A DNA stretch of 58,100 bases, the filler included, from Sphacelaria rigidula (lineage: Eukaryota), in the NCBI GenBank assembly GCA_964200075.2. It is 3 parts of 3 records of this genome, joined end to end, with 100 filler letters (N's around TTAATTAATTAA, not from the genome) between each part and the next. Parts side by side here need not be neighbours in the genome. Positions count along the whole stretch, not along the records: positions 19,403 to 38,702 come from CAXNAA020000692.1; positions 38,803 to 58,100 come from CAXNAA020000693.1; 1 more part is not named here. The stretch is one strand, 5' to 3'. The notes below the pieces were generated by a model that was given only the letters and a program-made list of their open reading frames with translations, ran no database searches and was not told where the DNA came from. Below, piece after piece: positions 26,400 to 38,977 of this stretch (its first letter is position 1; every line of letters starts with the position of its first letter). A program made the translations under genes and the position numbers.

Positions 26400-27270
26400 G
26401 CGGCGGGTATTGGCTGCACAATACTCCTGTAGTGATAATGGCGCTATCGCTGAGAACTTTAACGCTGATCTTCCACGTGTCTCTTGGAACAACGTGAGTC
26501 TGGCTCGAAATATTGGGAATCATGTTTCCGTTGCCACTCGTTTAGTCTAGTTTGACTAGGCGTTCACTGTACAAGCTGCCTCTGTTTGTACAAGCTTTTG
26601 ACTTGCCCGTCTTGTTGGCAGTCATCCACGTGCAGCGCTCACTGATGAACGAACGCCCCTGTACACGTGGCCTCGCAGATGATCGGCGCCTTGATCGCCT
26701 ATCCAACCTCATCCTGCTCAGCCTTCCTCTCACCACGTTTCCCTCCCCCCCAGCAGAACGCAGGGTATCCCACCCCAACTCGGATATCATTCGTCTCCGT
26801 GTCTCCTGTAGCGTGATGACGTCCCAACCTGCCACGTTGCACTCATTCAAAACCTCCTCAGTACAGCGAACCTCACCCTGCGACGATAAAGCACGCACGT
26901 CAAGGGTTACTACTGTCAGCTCCCCAGTACGTACTGGGTATAGCTGTAGCCACGGACTTCACTCGTTTTTTGAATAAATCTCTCTGTCTGGCTGTGTCGT
27001 CCGTCTACTTTCGGAGCGAGTTATTCTCAGTCCAACTTTTCCGTTTGGACCGTTCAAGGAGTATTCTTCGCGTTTTGACCTCACAGGCAGGCCTCAGCTG
27101 CACTACCCCGGGTTCGCTGCTAGGCCCTAATCGTCATTCTGGTGCTCACTCTCTCCTCTTTCGTCTCTACCGACGCACTCTTACGGCAGCATCCCTATTA
27201 TCACTGACATTCCGCAGCTGCAGAATTGAGCTGAAAAGCTCGTTACTGCGACACGGCTCATCGGCTCTCA
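26400..27270 (-). mobile_element. RTE LINE 5' part: APE endonuclease remnant and probable 5' UTR
   Basis: LTVVTLDVRAL...GWDVITLQETRR matches APE motifs I and II (T.NVR...D.I.LQETR). Same strand as, and upstream of, the RT remnant, so probably one internally deleted element. The 5' limit is a guess. Confidence 0.7.
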
Positions 27271-28233
27271 CGTAGTTGTTCAAGTCGAGCAGGTTCACGA
27301 GGTCCATACAGATCAAAAGGGTGCTGGAAGAGGTTTTCCGTGAATCTACACAGTGACTCTGTAGGTGTACAGGCCCACAACTGACCATGTGCGCTAGCTA
27401 GCCTGTAGGTTGCGTGAACCCTCGACAACCCAAAGACGATGCTGCAGGTCATGACTCTTCTCTGGGCGTGTTTGTTGATACGGTGTACTGGTTGGGCGGG
27501 TATGTGTGTTGTACGGGTTCAGATGTTTTTTAAACGTGATGACAGCAATAACATTCCTTACTTCTCACGTTTCAGATGGGCAATATCATTCGTTGATGCT
27601 GAATCATCCGAAGCTGCCACCATTATCGTACCCGCCCGGAAATTGACGGAATGCCGTCATTTGGAGCTTTTCATCCCCACTGGAAAAGTTACTGTGAGGC
27701 TGGACACGGGTGTTATCGTTTTCGCCATGCTACGTCATCATGGCATAGTACTATTGCGCTACGTAGTCAAACATGAACGGCGCGGCAAAGTCACAAAAGA
27801 AACGCTTCAGCTCTTAATCAACTACTACGGAACCGTACGCTGGCCCACGAAGCTACTTCTTGCCTGTTATAATTTCCTCGGAAACGAATGCGTGGAAACA
27901 TTCTTCTGGCTTCAGCTGAGCAAATTGGCGGTCAGCTACACTGAACACGCCACATGGCTCACTTCATGGCTCACTTCATGACAAGCTCGCCCTCCGGTTA
28001 AAATTCGCCGTGGGTGTGTAGTGATTCAATCAAAATACTAGAAAACACAGCAGAATTGAAGCCCAACAGCGTGTGCTGTTTGCATGAACTTTGTCTGAAT
28101 AGTAATAAAAAATTGATAGGGGCTATTTTCGCAATGCATCATTCCTTACGATTTGTTTCTGTTTGGTGGGCCGAAAGTGTCCCAGTGGTAATTGCCAGAA
28201 TCAAAAGTTTCCCTTTTTTTATCTGTGGCTCAA

Positions 28234-28331
28234 CCCTTTGACCGTGAGCATAGGTCATCTGTTGGATCGATTCCAATTTCGCACGCAAAAACAATGCATA
28301 TTGTCGATTGACTGCCCTTGCGGCCAAGGGG
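28234..28331. mobile_element. 98-bp piggyBac-like mini-element, copy 1
   Basis: TCAA|CCCTTTGACCGTGAG...CTTGCGGCCAAGGGG|TTAA; same length as, and internally similar to, 29917-30014. Confidence 0.6.
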
Positions 28332-29916
28332 TTAACCTTGTTTCACTCATATTCGCGTTAACTAATGAACCAAGGGGAAACCTTGAGTGCCGTTCTCGAA
28401 CTCTGGAGAACGTTCAAGAGGTGCAGGTTTGTGTGTGTGTTGCATTACGACCGTTATGGTGACTTGACCTTGAGTTTTCAACGGTGTACCTCATCATCAT
28501 TCTGAGTTTTAACGTGCTCGTAACGAGCTTCTTTTTCCTGCTGACCAAATCGCCGCTGGCGATACCATGCATGCAAGAGGTTGTTGCGTACACAGCAAGA
28601 ACAAATTCCCTAAGTTATGTGCTGTTGTCGGCGAGCACTGCCGTCAAAACGTTGGCGTGTCCCAGCGTAGGGCCTAAATTTGCGCATCTATTTGAAAATA
28701 ATGACGTACAATGTCTACATGGCCTTCAAAATCAGAGGCTTAGCCGCCAAGTAGCCTTAAAACTTTACGAGAAATCATTGAACGCTCAGCAGAGGGCATC
28801 GCTCACAGCAAATCAAAGTGCATTTCGAGGGTGCAGTTCTCGCGATTGATGAATAATTGAAGTGCATCGCATCCAAAAGAGAGGACTAGAGCACCGAGGA
28901 GTTGTGCCCAGTCCCGGCCGCATCTAAAAACAGCAGCACGAGTTATACCAGCCGTCTGTGATACCAACGTTGAGCTACAAATTTGTGTCCGCTGCGTGAT
29001 GACCTTGCGAAATCTTGTGGAAGCAGAGACGCAAAAAATACCAAGCCAGCCGCGGATGCCGAAGCACCCCACCCTAGGCTAGGATCTGGGCACCCCTCGT
29101 GGTGTGGCAATCAATTCGGTTCCCAGCACAACCCATCAGCAGCACACAGAGTGAGTGATGCATAGAGAACAACGGGACTTACAACCTTGAATACGCTAGG
29201 CAAGCTGCTGACATTCCGATCGGCTGAGCTAGTTGGATTTTGAACCGAGTGGTGGGAAAGCCGCCGGAAAGATAATTTCGAAATGGAACCCAGGATCCGC
29301 AGGCCGAGGGTGTGCTGTAGTGGGTGACACACGCTTCACTTGGAATTTTAGGCATCGAATCGAACGTTTTTCTGGAGCTGGCGTGAATCCATTGGGATCT
29401 CGTGCGCATGGAACCTTGTGAGGATTGATTCTCCCCCCCCCCAGATGCCCACCTCGTGAATAATTATGCACTGATTCCGTACTGGTTAGTTTTTTGGCCC
29501 TTGTGCATGCGTGTACAGGCATTCCGACGGTACCCCACCATTCATGAGAATACAGCCTGGAATATAGACATTTTATAGTTGCAGTAGGGAAGAAGGAGTG
29601 TACTGCATCAAGCAATAGACCTTGACTGCCTATTGATCGACGTAGTAGATTTCCCCCTATCGCAAGTATTGAATGTCTTTTGTCTAGGGTGCACGGGTCT
29701 ACTGCGCGACGCAGTGCACTTTCTCCCAATCGCATCTATTGATTGTTTAATTGGTCGGGGTGTGCAGAATAGACGAGGAAGCAGTGCAGTTGTCACTCCT
29801 ATTTTCGTGTGTGAGCTGACTCAGACCCTGGACGGACTTGAATGGAGTGTGGCGATATGTCGTATACTAAGCGATTGAAGGCAAGTAATTCATCCCCCCC
29901 AAAAGACCCGAGTTAA

Positions 29917-30014
29917 CCCTTAGACGGCGACAGTGAGTGGTCTGTTGAATCGCCGTGGGCTTCACTTGAAGAAAGTATGCATGATCCAGATGGACTATCC
30001 TCGCCGTGTAAGGG
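29917..30014. mobile_element. 98-bp piggyBac-like mini-element, copy 2
   Basis: TTAA|CCCTTAGACGGCGA...TCGCCGTGTAAGGG|TTCA; TIRs match at 13 of 14 positions. Confidence 0.7.
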
Positions 30015-33000
30015 TTCAAGAATCATGATCCAAAGAACAAAAATATATCGGTGTATCGAGACGGGTGACGTACAGTAGCGTCAGGCGGCACACTATTTCC
30101 ATCCGTACTGCTAGCTGGTGATTTCTGATGACATTTGCCACTATCCACTAACGACTACGTTCCAAGAGGCTTTTCTGCTGTTCGTGAGCTCTGTGTCCTG
30201 GATGAGTGAAGCCGTTATTTCCCCGAATGATTGCGTCAGCCCATCTCACTAGATGGGCGCGGGGTACACGAAGAAGCGGATGATGTGAAGGCCGCATCAT
30301 GAATGCGCATGTCAAAGCTGTGTACACGTGCGAGCCCAGGAACTGACGAATTTGTCAGAGGACTGTGAGCTTCTCACCACTGAGATGAGCAGAAGGATCA
30401 GCTTATTCAACCAGGGCTGTATCGGATCTCCTGCAACCTGTGCAACCGATGCGACACGATATGAAGAGTCTAGAAGCAACTTTCAGCTGAGAGATCCGAA
30501 GACTCACCGCCAGTGACGAACGTAGTCTTGCCGTAGGAATGCGCAAGCGGTATGTGTACACATCTACCTATTCCGTATGGAAGGTGTGACGTCACCTGCG
30601 TTGAACGGGCGGGGGGAGAATCGATGTGCTCTGCCTTCACTGTGCGCGCGAACCGATCCACCGCAAAACGTGGTATACTTACCTGTACGTGAAAGGGCAA
30701 AATGAGTGATTGTTTACAGCCCAACTGTCTGTACATTCTTCTGACGAGTTCCTATCAGCCGGCCCTACGACTATTCACGGTGAGCAGCGTGTGTGTTAAG
30801 TGTTGCCTCGTCAATGAAGAGTACGATATTTATGTCCTCACCGAAACCCGTCTTCCGACCCCACTGCCACGAATCGTTCCCAGGGCGTCGCTGATATCGG
30901 GACGGCCTGTGTCGGTACGCCCGGGGAGCATTGCTGTGCGGGCGCTGACGCGTAGCAGTATCGCGGATGTTTGCAAGGATGATAACGATGCGTGCTCCCA
31001 GAAGCAGCTGGCGGTGATAGCGTGAGCCATCACGTCAGGGGTTATGCAGCTGATGACGCTGGTTGCGAGCATGTCAGTCCGAATGCTATTCGTTGACTCG
31101 TTATATATGCCGTCTTCCACCGGCGTTGGGCTACGCTCAGGCTCAACTCAAAAGAGTGCCGGCGCTCTTCAATCGCTGTAATGGTAGTGATGATGAATAA
31201 CATGGTAATGGCGATTTTATCGGTTCACAACTTGTGGTGTATCAAAGAAAAAGTAGCCCAAAAATAAAAAACAATAGTGGGTCACAAGCGGCTGTGCGTA
31301 TTGACCCGCGTGTTTGGCGGGTGCCAGTCACACGACGTCGGGTGGGGGCTTGGGTGTTGTAGGTACTGTCGGTAGTTGTGAAATGTTGGTAGTGTAGTCA
31401 CCCTCAATATGCTATTCTAGTTATTTTGTGTTTTCCTTCATTTCGATCCACGCCTTTGTGTGGCAGTTATCATTTCCCGCGTCTCTTCTTCGTCTTTCAC
31501 CGCAGATAGATTTATTACACTGTGGGAGGACGATAGACCCTTTGCCGGCACTTGTAGTACAGTCGGTGGGCCTATATTATATGGATCTGTCCAAAAAGAG
31601 AGCATGTTGTGTATATGTTCACCTGCTGTCTTTCACCCTCTACATCAGAGAATATCCACATTATGCCCCGCTCTCTGTGAACCTTTTTCGTGCGTTTCGT
31701 GTGACATGGAAAGGGTTTGTAGAGGTAATATTTTTTTGCCGGCTAGCGGCGGGGATACTACAGTACGCGCCCCTTGTTCGGGCGCTTTTCGTCATGGGCA
31801 AAGTTTTACAGAGGTGACCTTCTCCCGCCGGGTGGTGGTGAAGGCATGTCCGACTGTGTCTTGTGTACAAGTCTCACGCATCTGTTGGGCGCAGAAGCCA
31901 ACAACATCTTCTCAGCGAATGGTTTGCTCGTTTGTGAACTCTGCTTGCTGGTTCCCCGCCGCTCTCACCGCATTTCATTATTTTTTTGGTCCTCTAGGCA
32001 TTGCGGATTTCCTTGTTTCTCGCGGCGATCAAGCTGGATTGCAATACAGGACCTGCTGGTCAAAACCAGTCATGTCCACCTCTCCCTCCCGCCAACCCGA
32101 AAACGCAAAGAGACCTCGGCAGACGCTTGTGGTAGTTTAACCCTCCTGCTTTCTTCGTATATTTGTGTGGACGTCGCTCCATCTCTTGTTTTGCATCTCC
32201 GTGGACGGGTTTGTTCTTGCTCGAATATCCTTTGCCGTTGGGGTTTTGGTTACGGTGCGATATGTACGGTTGCCGCGATTGTTGCACATCAGTACTGTAG
32301 GCTGTCTGAACAGTGTTGGTATTGTTATTGTATTCGTTCTTTGTTGCGTCTATGCTCTTGGTATTTTCGTCTTTGAAACAAGTGGATTTTCCTGGTTGAA
32401 TATGGGCCCTGCACCGAGTTTGTTTGCTTGACGCACAATTACAGTTGGCATTCCCATGTCAAGTTTTGGTGTGTCCAGAGCCATGGCCTAAATTAAGTAG
32501 TTTGCGCCGTCTGTGGTCGTGTCACCTCACTCGAGAAGTGCTGTACAAACGTATTGATCTCGACACGTACTGCCAGGGTAGTTTTATCAAAGCGCACGTT
32601 ATGCGCGCACACAGCCAGACCGACCCCGCACCCGACCAGGTGGTGGGCTCATGTTCGTTACAGTAGAGTTGGTTCTGCAGCGCGTGGTCACATGACAGTG
32701 CGCATTTTTGTTTTTTTTACTAATAGAAACTATAGCGTGTATGGGCTTGGGATGTGATAGCAGTAGGTCATCTTGTCTTGAACTCGGCGAAGTGTAGTCC
32801 GTTTCAGATGGCTTGGGAGTCTGAGGGGGGGAAAGGTCCATGTGTTTTTCCGTTTTTCACTCGAAACAACGGAAGAAACGACAGTTTCATGCCGAACGGT
32901 TTTGGTTTTGGTCCCATGTCCCTCATTCTGTGTTGATTGAATGAAGGGGTTCAAAATAGTTCAGTTCGTCGGCAGTAGTCACTGTTCTTGTTTTATACTT

Positions 33001-34911
33001 TCTGTGCTGTCGCGCGAGCAGCGCACGCACCCAATGACATCGTGGTCACCCCCCAAAACAGCAAAATTGTGTCTAAATACAGAGCAGGCATGGTGTGGTC
33101 ATGTCTGGGCTGTGCACTCCCCAGACTGAATAATGAAACAAGCAGCGACGATGACATCGGGAGGGCCCCCTTTGTAAATCTGAAAATGGGAAGGACTGTT
33201 GCGATGGACAGATCGTGGCTCACATTTCCAAATAAAATCAAATGGTTGTTGAAATGCGCGTGTAAACGTGGATGTGCAAAAATGGAAGATTCGACCTGGT
33301 CTTCAATCGCTTAGAATGGCCTTCAGAGGTCACTGATTTTCGCTCATCATGAGGTCGTTCGTTGTTCGAGTACCAAGGGGGCCAACTGACAACAGGCCGT
33401 AATCCGTCTTCTCAATTTCTGAAAAACTTATCATTGAGGATTAGTTCCGAGAGGGCGGGGGTGTTCCCCAAACGTGAGCAATGACGATAGTAAGTACTGT
33501 ACAAGTATGATGAATTTGTCAAACTTCAAGTTTCCCCTAATATCGTGGCCAGCCTGGGGGAGGTTCAGTGTTTCAGGCTTTAAGCTACACCCCCATCTAA
33601 GTAAGGCATCAACTTGTCATCTTGTGAACATTGGTGGTATTTGATGCTAAAGTCTTACTTGAGCGATGTGCATGATACCTCGAGACATATCTGCGTGCTT
33701 TCCTGCAAGGCATACTCATATCTGGGGCTTCCGCTGGGACACATGTTAAGCTATTGCGTACACGTCGACTGGTGGAAGACAGTTGAGGTGGAAGGGTACG
33801 CGAGATCAGCCCTTGTAAGCTAGCCTGATAAGTTCTCTGGTATGCAAGCACACCTCCTTAGCAGTATGATATAACTAAAACGAAACGTGACAAGTCAAAC
33901 TAAATCGGAGTACACTCAGCAAATGAAAGCAGTGACTTACTGCCTCTTCCACTGAGGACTGGTCCACCCGTAGGAACACGAACGTCGGATGTGGAGAGAT
34001 GCTCAAACCCTGAGGGTGTGCCTGATTAGCTTCTACCATACTGTTTCTAGCCTTTGGTTGGGGACGAGGAAGTGGCAACACCGTGAACCCAAACGGCGGC
34101 AAGCCTCTCGTCGATAGAGCACACTTCATCTATCAAAACTCACCCTGATCATCCCACGAATCTCATACGTCACGAATTTATGCGGGACTTCACCGAGCTT
34201 TCGTTGCTCTACTCTACTGACTGCCGTCTGCAGGGACGTCACCCATCATAACAACATGTAATAGCCTGGATTCGTTTTTGAGGTTCACCATTTACGTGGG
34301 GTTCAACGGACCATCGAATTTTAACTTGTTTTGTTCAAAAGCCTCGGCATTCGCAACCGGTTTTGACCATGTACCCCTAACCCAGAAGTTTCTGCACGGC
34401 AGCGCAAGCATGATGATGGGCAGTCCGAAAGAAAAAACGCCATCGTTCATTGTGCCGCGTCTTTTGAGCAGAACCTGCGTCTAAGCGCTACGGAACACGT
34501 AACAAAGCATGCTGAAAACATACTCCTTTGGACTAATCATCGCGTTTTTGAGCGCCTCTTCTTGAGTATCTGAGAGAGACTTCATACTGTTGCGCCGGCG
34601 ACGACTGCCGTCAGCGAAACGATTCAATGCGGCGACAGACGCCAGCCATCTTTGATACGCAGCATCATTCAGCAGTCTGCTGAGATATACCATCGCCGGA
34701 GTACAGCATCACTACAGTGCAATCGTCAGTTGGATAAAATGGATGCCCCACAATAAAGCTGCATACACACAAAACGTGCGTAAGGGCTAGTCTCACGCTT
34801 GGAGTTGTTTCGCCAGTAGTGCCCATGCGAGGCGCTTCATCCAGTCTGAACCAATTATCACGCCTTGTATGGCCACCCCCGCCGTGGCTGTGTTGAGAAC
34901 CGGTTTCGCGG

Positions 34912-35470
34912 TGAGGCTGTCGAAGAATACCACTGTAGTGCAACGCGCTTGCAAAATTCGAGCCGTTTCTTTTAATTTAGAATCCGCATCAGTTGTGGTT
35001 TGAATATCCCTCCTGACGGTCCCAAACGGGGTCTGATCCAGCGGCGGAAACCGCTGGCACGCTCCCCCTCAGGATTTGTGACAACCTGAGCATTAGGATT
35101 AGACCCCAGGGAAGCATCGCTCGGAATGAAACATGTAGAATAGTATTCAGGGGCATCGTAGTACATCTTTCCCAGTTCAAAATCGAAATTTCCTTGCTTG
35201 AACGCTTTATACCCGTTACAATGAACGACGGCTTTTCAAGAAAACCATCCGTCATTTCCGGACTTTCCGTGGGGTCTAGTCCTAACGCTCAGGTTGTCAC
35301 AAATCCTATCTGAGGGGGAGCGTGCCAGCGGTTTCCGTCGCTGGATCAGACCCCGGTTGGGACCGTCAGGAGGATTATTCAAACCACAACTGGTGCGGGT
35401 TCTAAATTGAAAGAAACGGCTCGGATTTTGCAAGCGCGTTGCACTACAGTAGTATTGTTCGACAGCCTCA
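34912..35470. repeat. Long foldback (~200-bp inverted arms, ~150-bp spacer), MITE-like
   Basis: 34912-~35113 is the reverse complement of ~35265-35470, with about 13 substitutions and one 4-nt indel by manual alignment. Confidence 0.95.
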
Positions 35471-35490
35471 AGCCCACGGCTCGGACCACG

Positions 35491-38470
35491 TGAGTCGTGG
35501 AGAGTTGTGTGTATTTTTTATCCTTTATATATACCCTTCGTTCCTGTTCTATCCTTCGATCGATTGCAAATATTCGAAAGGCTGGCTGTAATCCCTTCGC
35601 AGCAGGATCAAGTCGGTGCTTGATTTGAGAGCTTGCGAGCTAGTAATACAAACTGAATACAGGATCGCTTGCTAACATCTCCCAAGGGTGTGGCTTGCTT
35701 GCATCGACGTTTACGGCATTACTGCTTTGCGGCATTGCCCTATACTACTACAGATTAGGGCTTCAGATCTAGTTAGAGACGTATAGTCGAAGAAAATTGT
35801 TCTAAACGGTCGAGTACATGGCATAGAAGATCAAGAGTCCGGAGGCGCGCGGTGGAGTGGCGTCGTCGAAAGCGAAGAAGACCAGACAACACAACAATAC
35901 CAGGCTGACAGCTCAGCCAAGCACAGCACACCTCGAGGCCGAAGACGCAGCCGCGAGGGCGAGTAGGGAGCTCCGAGCGGGAGCGACCACAGGACAGCAA
36001 GCGACGGAGAAAAAGGTGCAGACCCCGCAAGTGAGTCCGTCGCAGTGTTCGGTCATGATAGACCAAGTGTCCCAAATGTTCCTGGGGTGCCAGTTTTGAA
36101 GGCAACGGTACCCAAGTTCTCTGGAAAAAGTTTGGAGTTCAACCATTACAGACACGAGCTCGTAATGTTTGCTAGAAGTGAAGCAATTAACTGGGTGTTC
36201 ACCATGTCGGAAGATAGTGCGTACGGTGTGGAGGTGGGGAACAAGGCAGTAAGTATCCTTGAGTCATCTTAAGGCAAGGCACGGAAAGGGCACTGTGGCC
36301 GCAAACGTCAGGGCAAGGCAAATGTTGGTGGCGAGTCTCGAACATAAGCGGGACCGGAATGTTCTGTTCCGAATTCCGTTTCCTGCAGCTGTGTAGCGTG
36401 AGTTGAATGGATTTTACAGCCCCAAGACCGACGGGGCTAGGTTGGCACTTTTGGAAAAGTATGATCACGTGAAGATCGGAGTTCGCGATGATCCGCTTCA
36501 AAAATTCATCGAGATGAAAGAGGTGGCGAGAGAGTTGCAGTCACACGACATCAACATCATCCTGACGGAGGCGCATACCCTCCTCGAATTTATCAATGCG
36601 CTTCCATGTGAGTACAACTACCAAAAGCAGGCGCTGGAGGAGCGCGCGGGACCACTCACGAGGGAAGTCGTAGTGATGTCGGTTCGAAAACGTTTCCAAT
36701 CGGCACTTTTCAGGCAGGAACTCACCAAGGGGAAGAAGGTTTCCTCAGGCGACCAGGCCCTTGCCGGTAAACCTAACGGCTCACACCGGAAAGACAAACC
36801 AGGGAAAACCCAGAACCCAGGTCGCGGAGGTGACGGAGGCCAGGGCAAAAACAGCCAGTCGCCGCTTTCACCGTCAACGAGCCAGTCGGGGGCTGCGACG
36901 ACGTGGAGATGCCACGTTTTCAGATGATGACTACACATCGAGCGAGAGACGGTCCAGACATGTATTGTAGTAGGCGCGGGAAGAGAGGACATCAACTGAT
37001 TGATTGTCAAAGCGCTGTAGAGGACGCGGTGATTGTAATGGGCGTGGTAGAAGACTTCGTGGACGACGACTCCGTTTGCTCGGATGCTGATGCAGAAGCT
37101 TTCACCAGCATCGACATGACGGTGGGTGAGGTCAACACAGGCGAGTTTGCGTTTGTAACTGGGAAGGGGGATGTAGAGCGGTCAGATGGTGGCGAACCGT
37201 GGGTACTTGACACGGGGGCCGCTTCGCACTTTTCTCCTGATTCGAGTAAGATGACGGATGATGGAAAATGCAGTGGTAGGGTACTACGGTTTGCGATCGG
37301 TGGTACCTAACCGATCGTGGGAAGAGGTAATTTGACTCTATCTTTACGATCTGACGGACGTGATGTAGTCTTGCATTTTTTTAGAAATGTAGACCACGCA
37401 CCTTGCGTCCGTTACCATCTGTTGTCATTGACCAGGATGTCTAACGCAGGTCACACCTATATTGGGTCTTGCAACGGCTTTCGGGTTGAGTTGAAGTCAG
37501 GCAATACCCTGAAAATCCCCGGTCAGCACAGACAATCGAAAATGTAGGCCCACCGCATCTATACAAACGGTCATGGCAAGCATGCGTCATCATGCTCTGT
37601 GATTGCCCCGGGGGAACCACCTCACCCCCAAGTTGATGATATCAACGACTTCCACTGCAAACACGCGCATGCCCACGAGGACCTGCTCCGGCGGACAGTA
37701 GAGCAGCTCGGAGTGGAGCTGCGCGGCAAGTTGAGACCGTGCCGAGGATGCTCGGCAGGGAAAAGACTGCGACGGCCCATCCCAAGATCAACTCACACAC
37801 GAGCAGTTAAGCCCGCATCCAGAGTGTTTGTCGATTTTACAGGTCCAAAACCCGTTAGATCTTGGGTCGGAAAGTCGTACATAATGATGGTACGTGATGA
37901 CGGCTCGCGGCACACTAGATTGTTATTTTTGCACTCAAAGGACGAGGCCGAACAGTACTTCAGTAATTAAATCGAAGGAATTCACCCGCAAAAAAACAAG
38001 AAGGTTCGCAGTGATGGCGGAGGTGAATTCTCGGAGGGGGCGTTCAAGGAACTATGTGATGGAGAGAAAATAGAGCAAGAGAAAACAACTGCTGACTCCC
38101 CACAACACGTAGCGGAACGGGCAATTGGCATCATAGAGACGGCCGGCCTCGCAGCCAAAAATTCAGGCATCGGAGATGTACCCGAACCAGGATATTCCAA
38201 CTAGCAAGAATCTGTGGGCAGAACAAGCTAACTGGGCATGCCATGCTTTAAACTGTACTGCGACCTCGGCTAACCCGGGCAACAAGACGCCACACGAAAT
38301 GTGGCACGGAGTACCACCGGCAAACAATAGTCTCTCTTTTCTAAAGCCTGGGTTTTGTAGGGTTCAGAGGACAGACAGGTTACAACGAAAAGCTCAGAGT
38401 TGCTGGTACCTTAGCCCAGCCCCTGGATACCCGCACGATGCTGTGAGAGTGATGACGGAAACAGGATAAA
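35491..38470 (+). mobile_element. Degenerate Ty1/copia retrotransposon (5' LTR to 35752, PBS, gag, protease, integrase; RT not present before the gap)
   Basis: LTR-like end ...CTACA at 35752, then PBS-like GATTAGGGCTTCAG. Gag (FINALPCEY), knuckle CSRRGKRGHQLIDC, protease WVLDTGAASHF, HHCC-type FHCKHAH...CRGC, integrase VFVDFTGP / VRSDGGGEF / AERAIG / LWAEQANWACHALN. Many stops and frameshifts. LTR start uncertain. Confidence 0.92.
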
Positions 38471-38702
38471 ATATTACGTACGTTCCCCCTACTCCTCTAA
38501 CCGCCCCACAACAAGCGATCCCGACGCCCGATGAAGCGAGGGATAACAAGATCTAAGGAAGGCCGGCCGGCAGCGAATCCGCGGGGCAAACCCGGGTGGC
38601 GCGTGCTCCTTCCCGCGGTTCACGTCGCGTGTCGTTTTCGCTCCCAAACACCGAACTGGACGCAAACGCCACACACCAGACCCCCGCTATTGGCAGGGGG
38701 GG

Positions 38703-38802
38703 NNNNNNNNNNNNNNNNNNNNNNNNNNNNNNNNNNNNNNNNNNNNTTAATTAATTAANNNNNNNNNNNNNNNNNNNNNNNNNNNNNNNNNNNNNNNNNN
38801 NN
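38703..38802. other. Assembly gap with artificial TTAATTAATTAA linker
   Basis: 44 N + linker + 44 N. Confidence 0.97.
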
Positions 38803-38977
38803 AATTGTTTTTGTGTCGAAAACGTGCGGTCGAATCGAATTCGCTCGTTTTTTATTCGTCCACGCTACTAATTTTCTGAGATGGTTGAGAACATCAATGC
38901 CATGAACGTATCAGACACGAGAAAATTTGATTCCACCGTACATTTTCGAGTCAAAAACAATTTGATAAGACATGGCC
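38803..38977. mobile_element. Short PIF-type MITE remnant related to the 1648/46149 family
   Basis: Starts with TIR-like TTTTTGTGTCGAAAACGTGCGGTCG and ends ...ACATTTTCGAGTCAAAAACAATTTGATAAGACATGGCC|TAA, resembling the family TIR plus TAA flank. Left end is lost in the gap. Confidence 0.5.

Noticed and set aside
30100..31150. Possible decayed Harbinger transposase on the minus strand (LAVSLR-like fragment)
   Set aside because: Only a few residues of resemblance and no DDE motifs recoverable by eye.
31428..32431. Overlapping 130-226 aa Cys-rich ORFs
   Set aside because: No recognisable domain or coherent splice model; composition is explained by GT-rich non-coding sequence.
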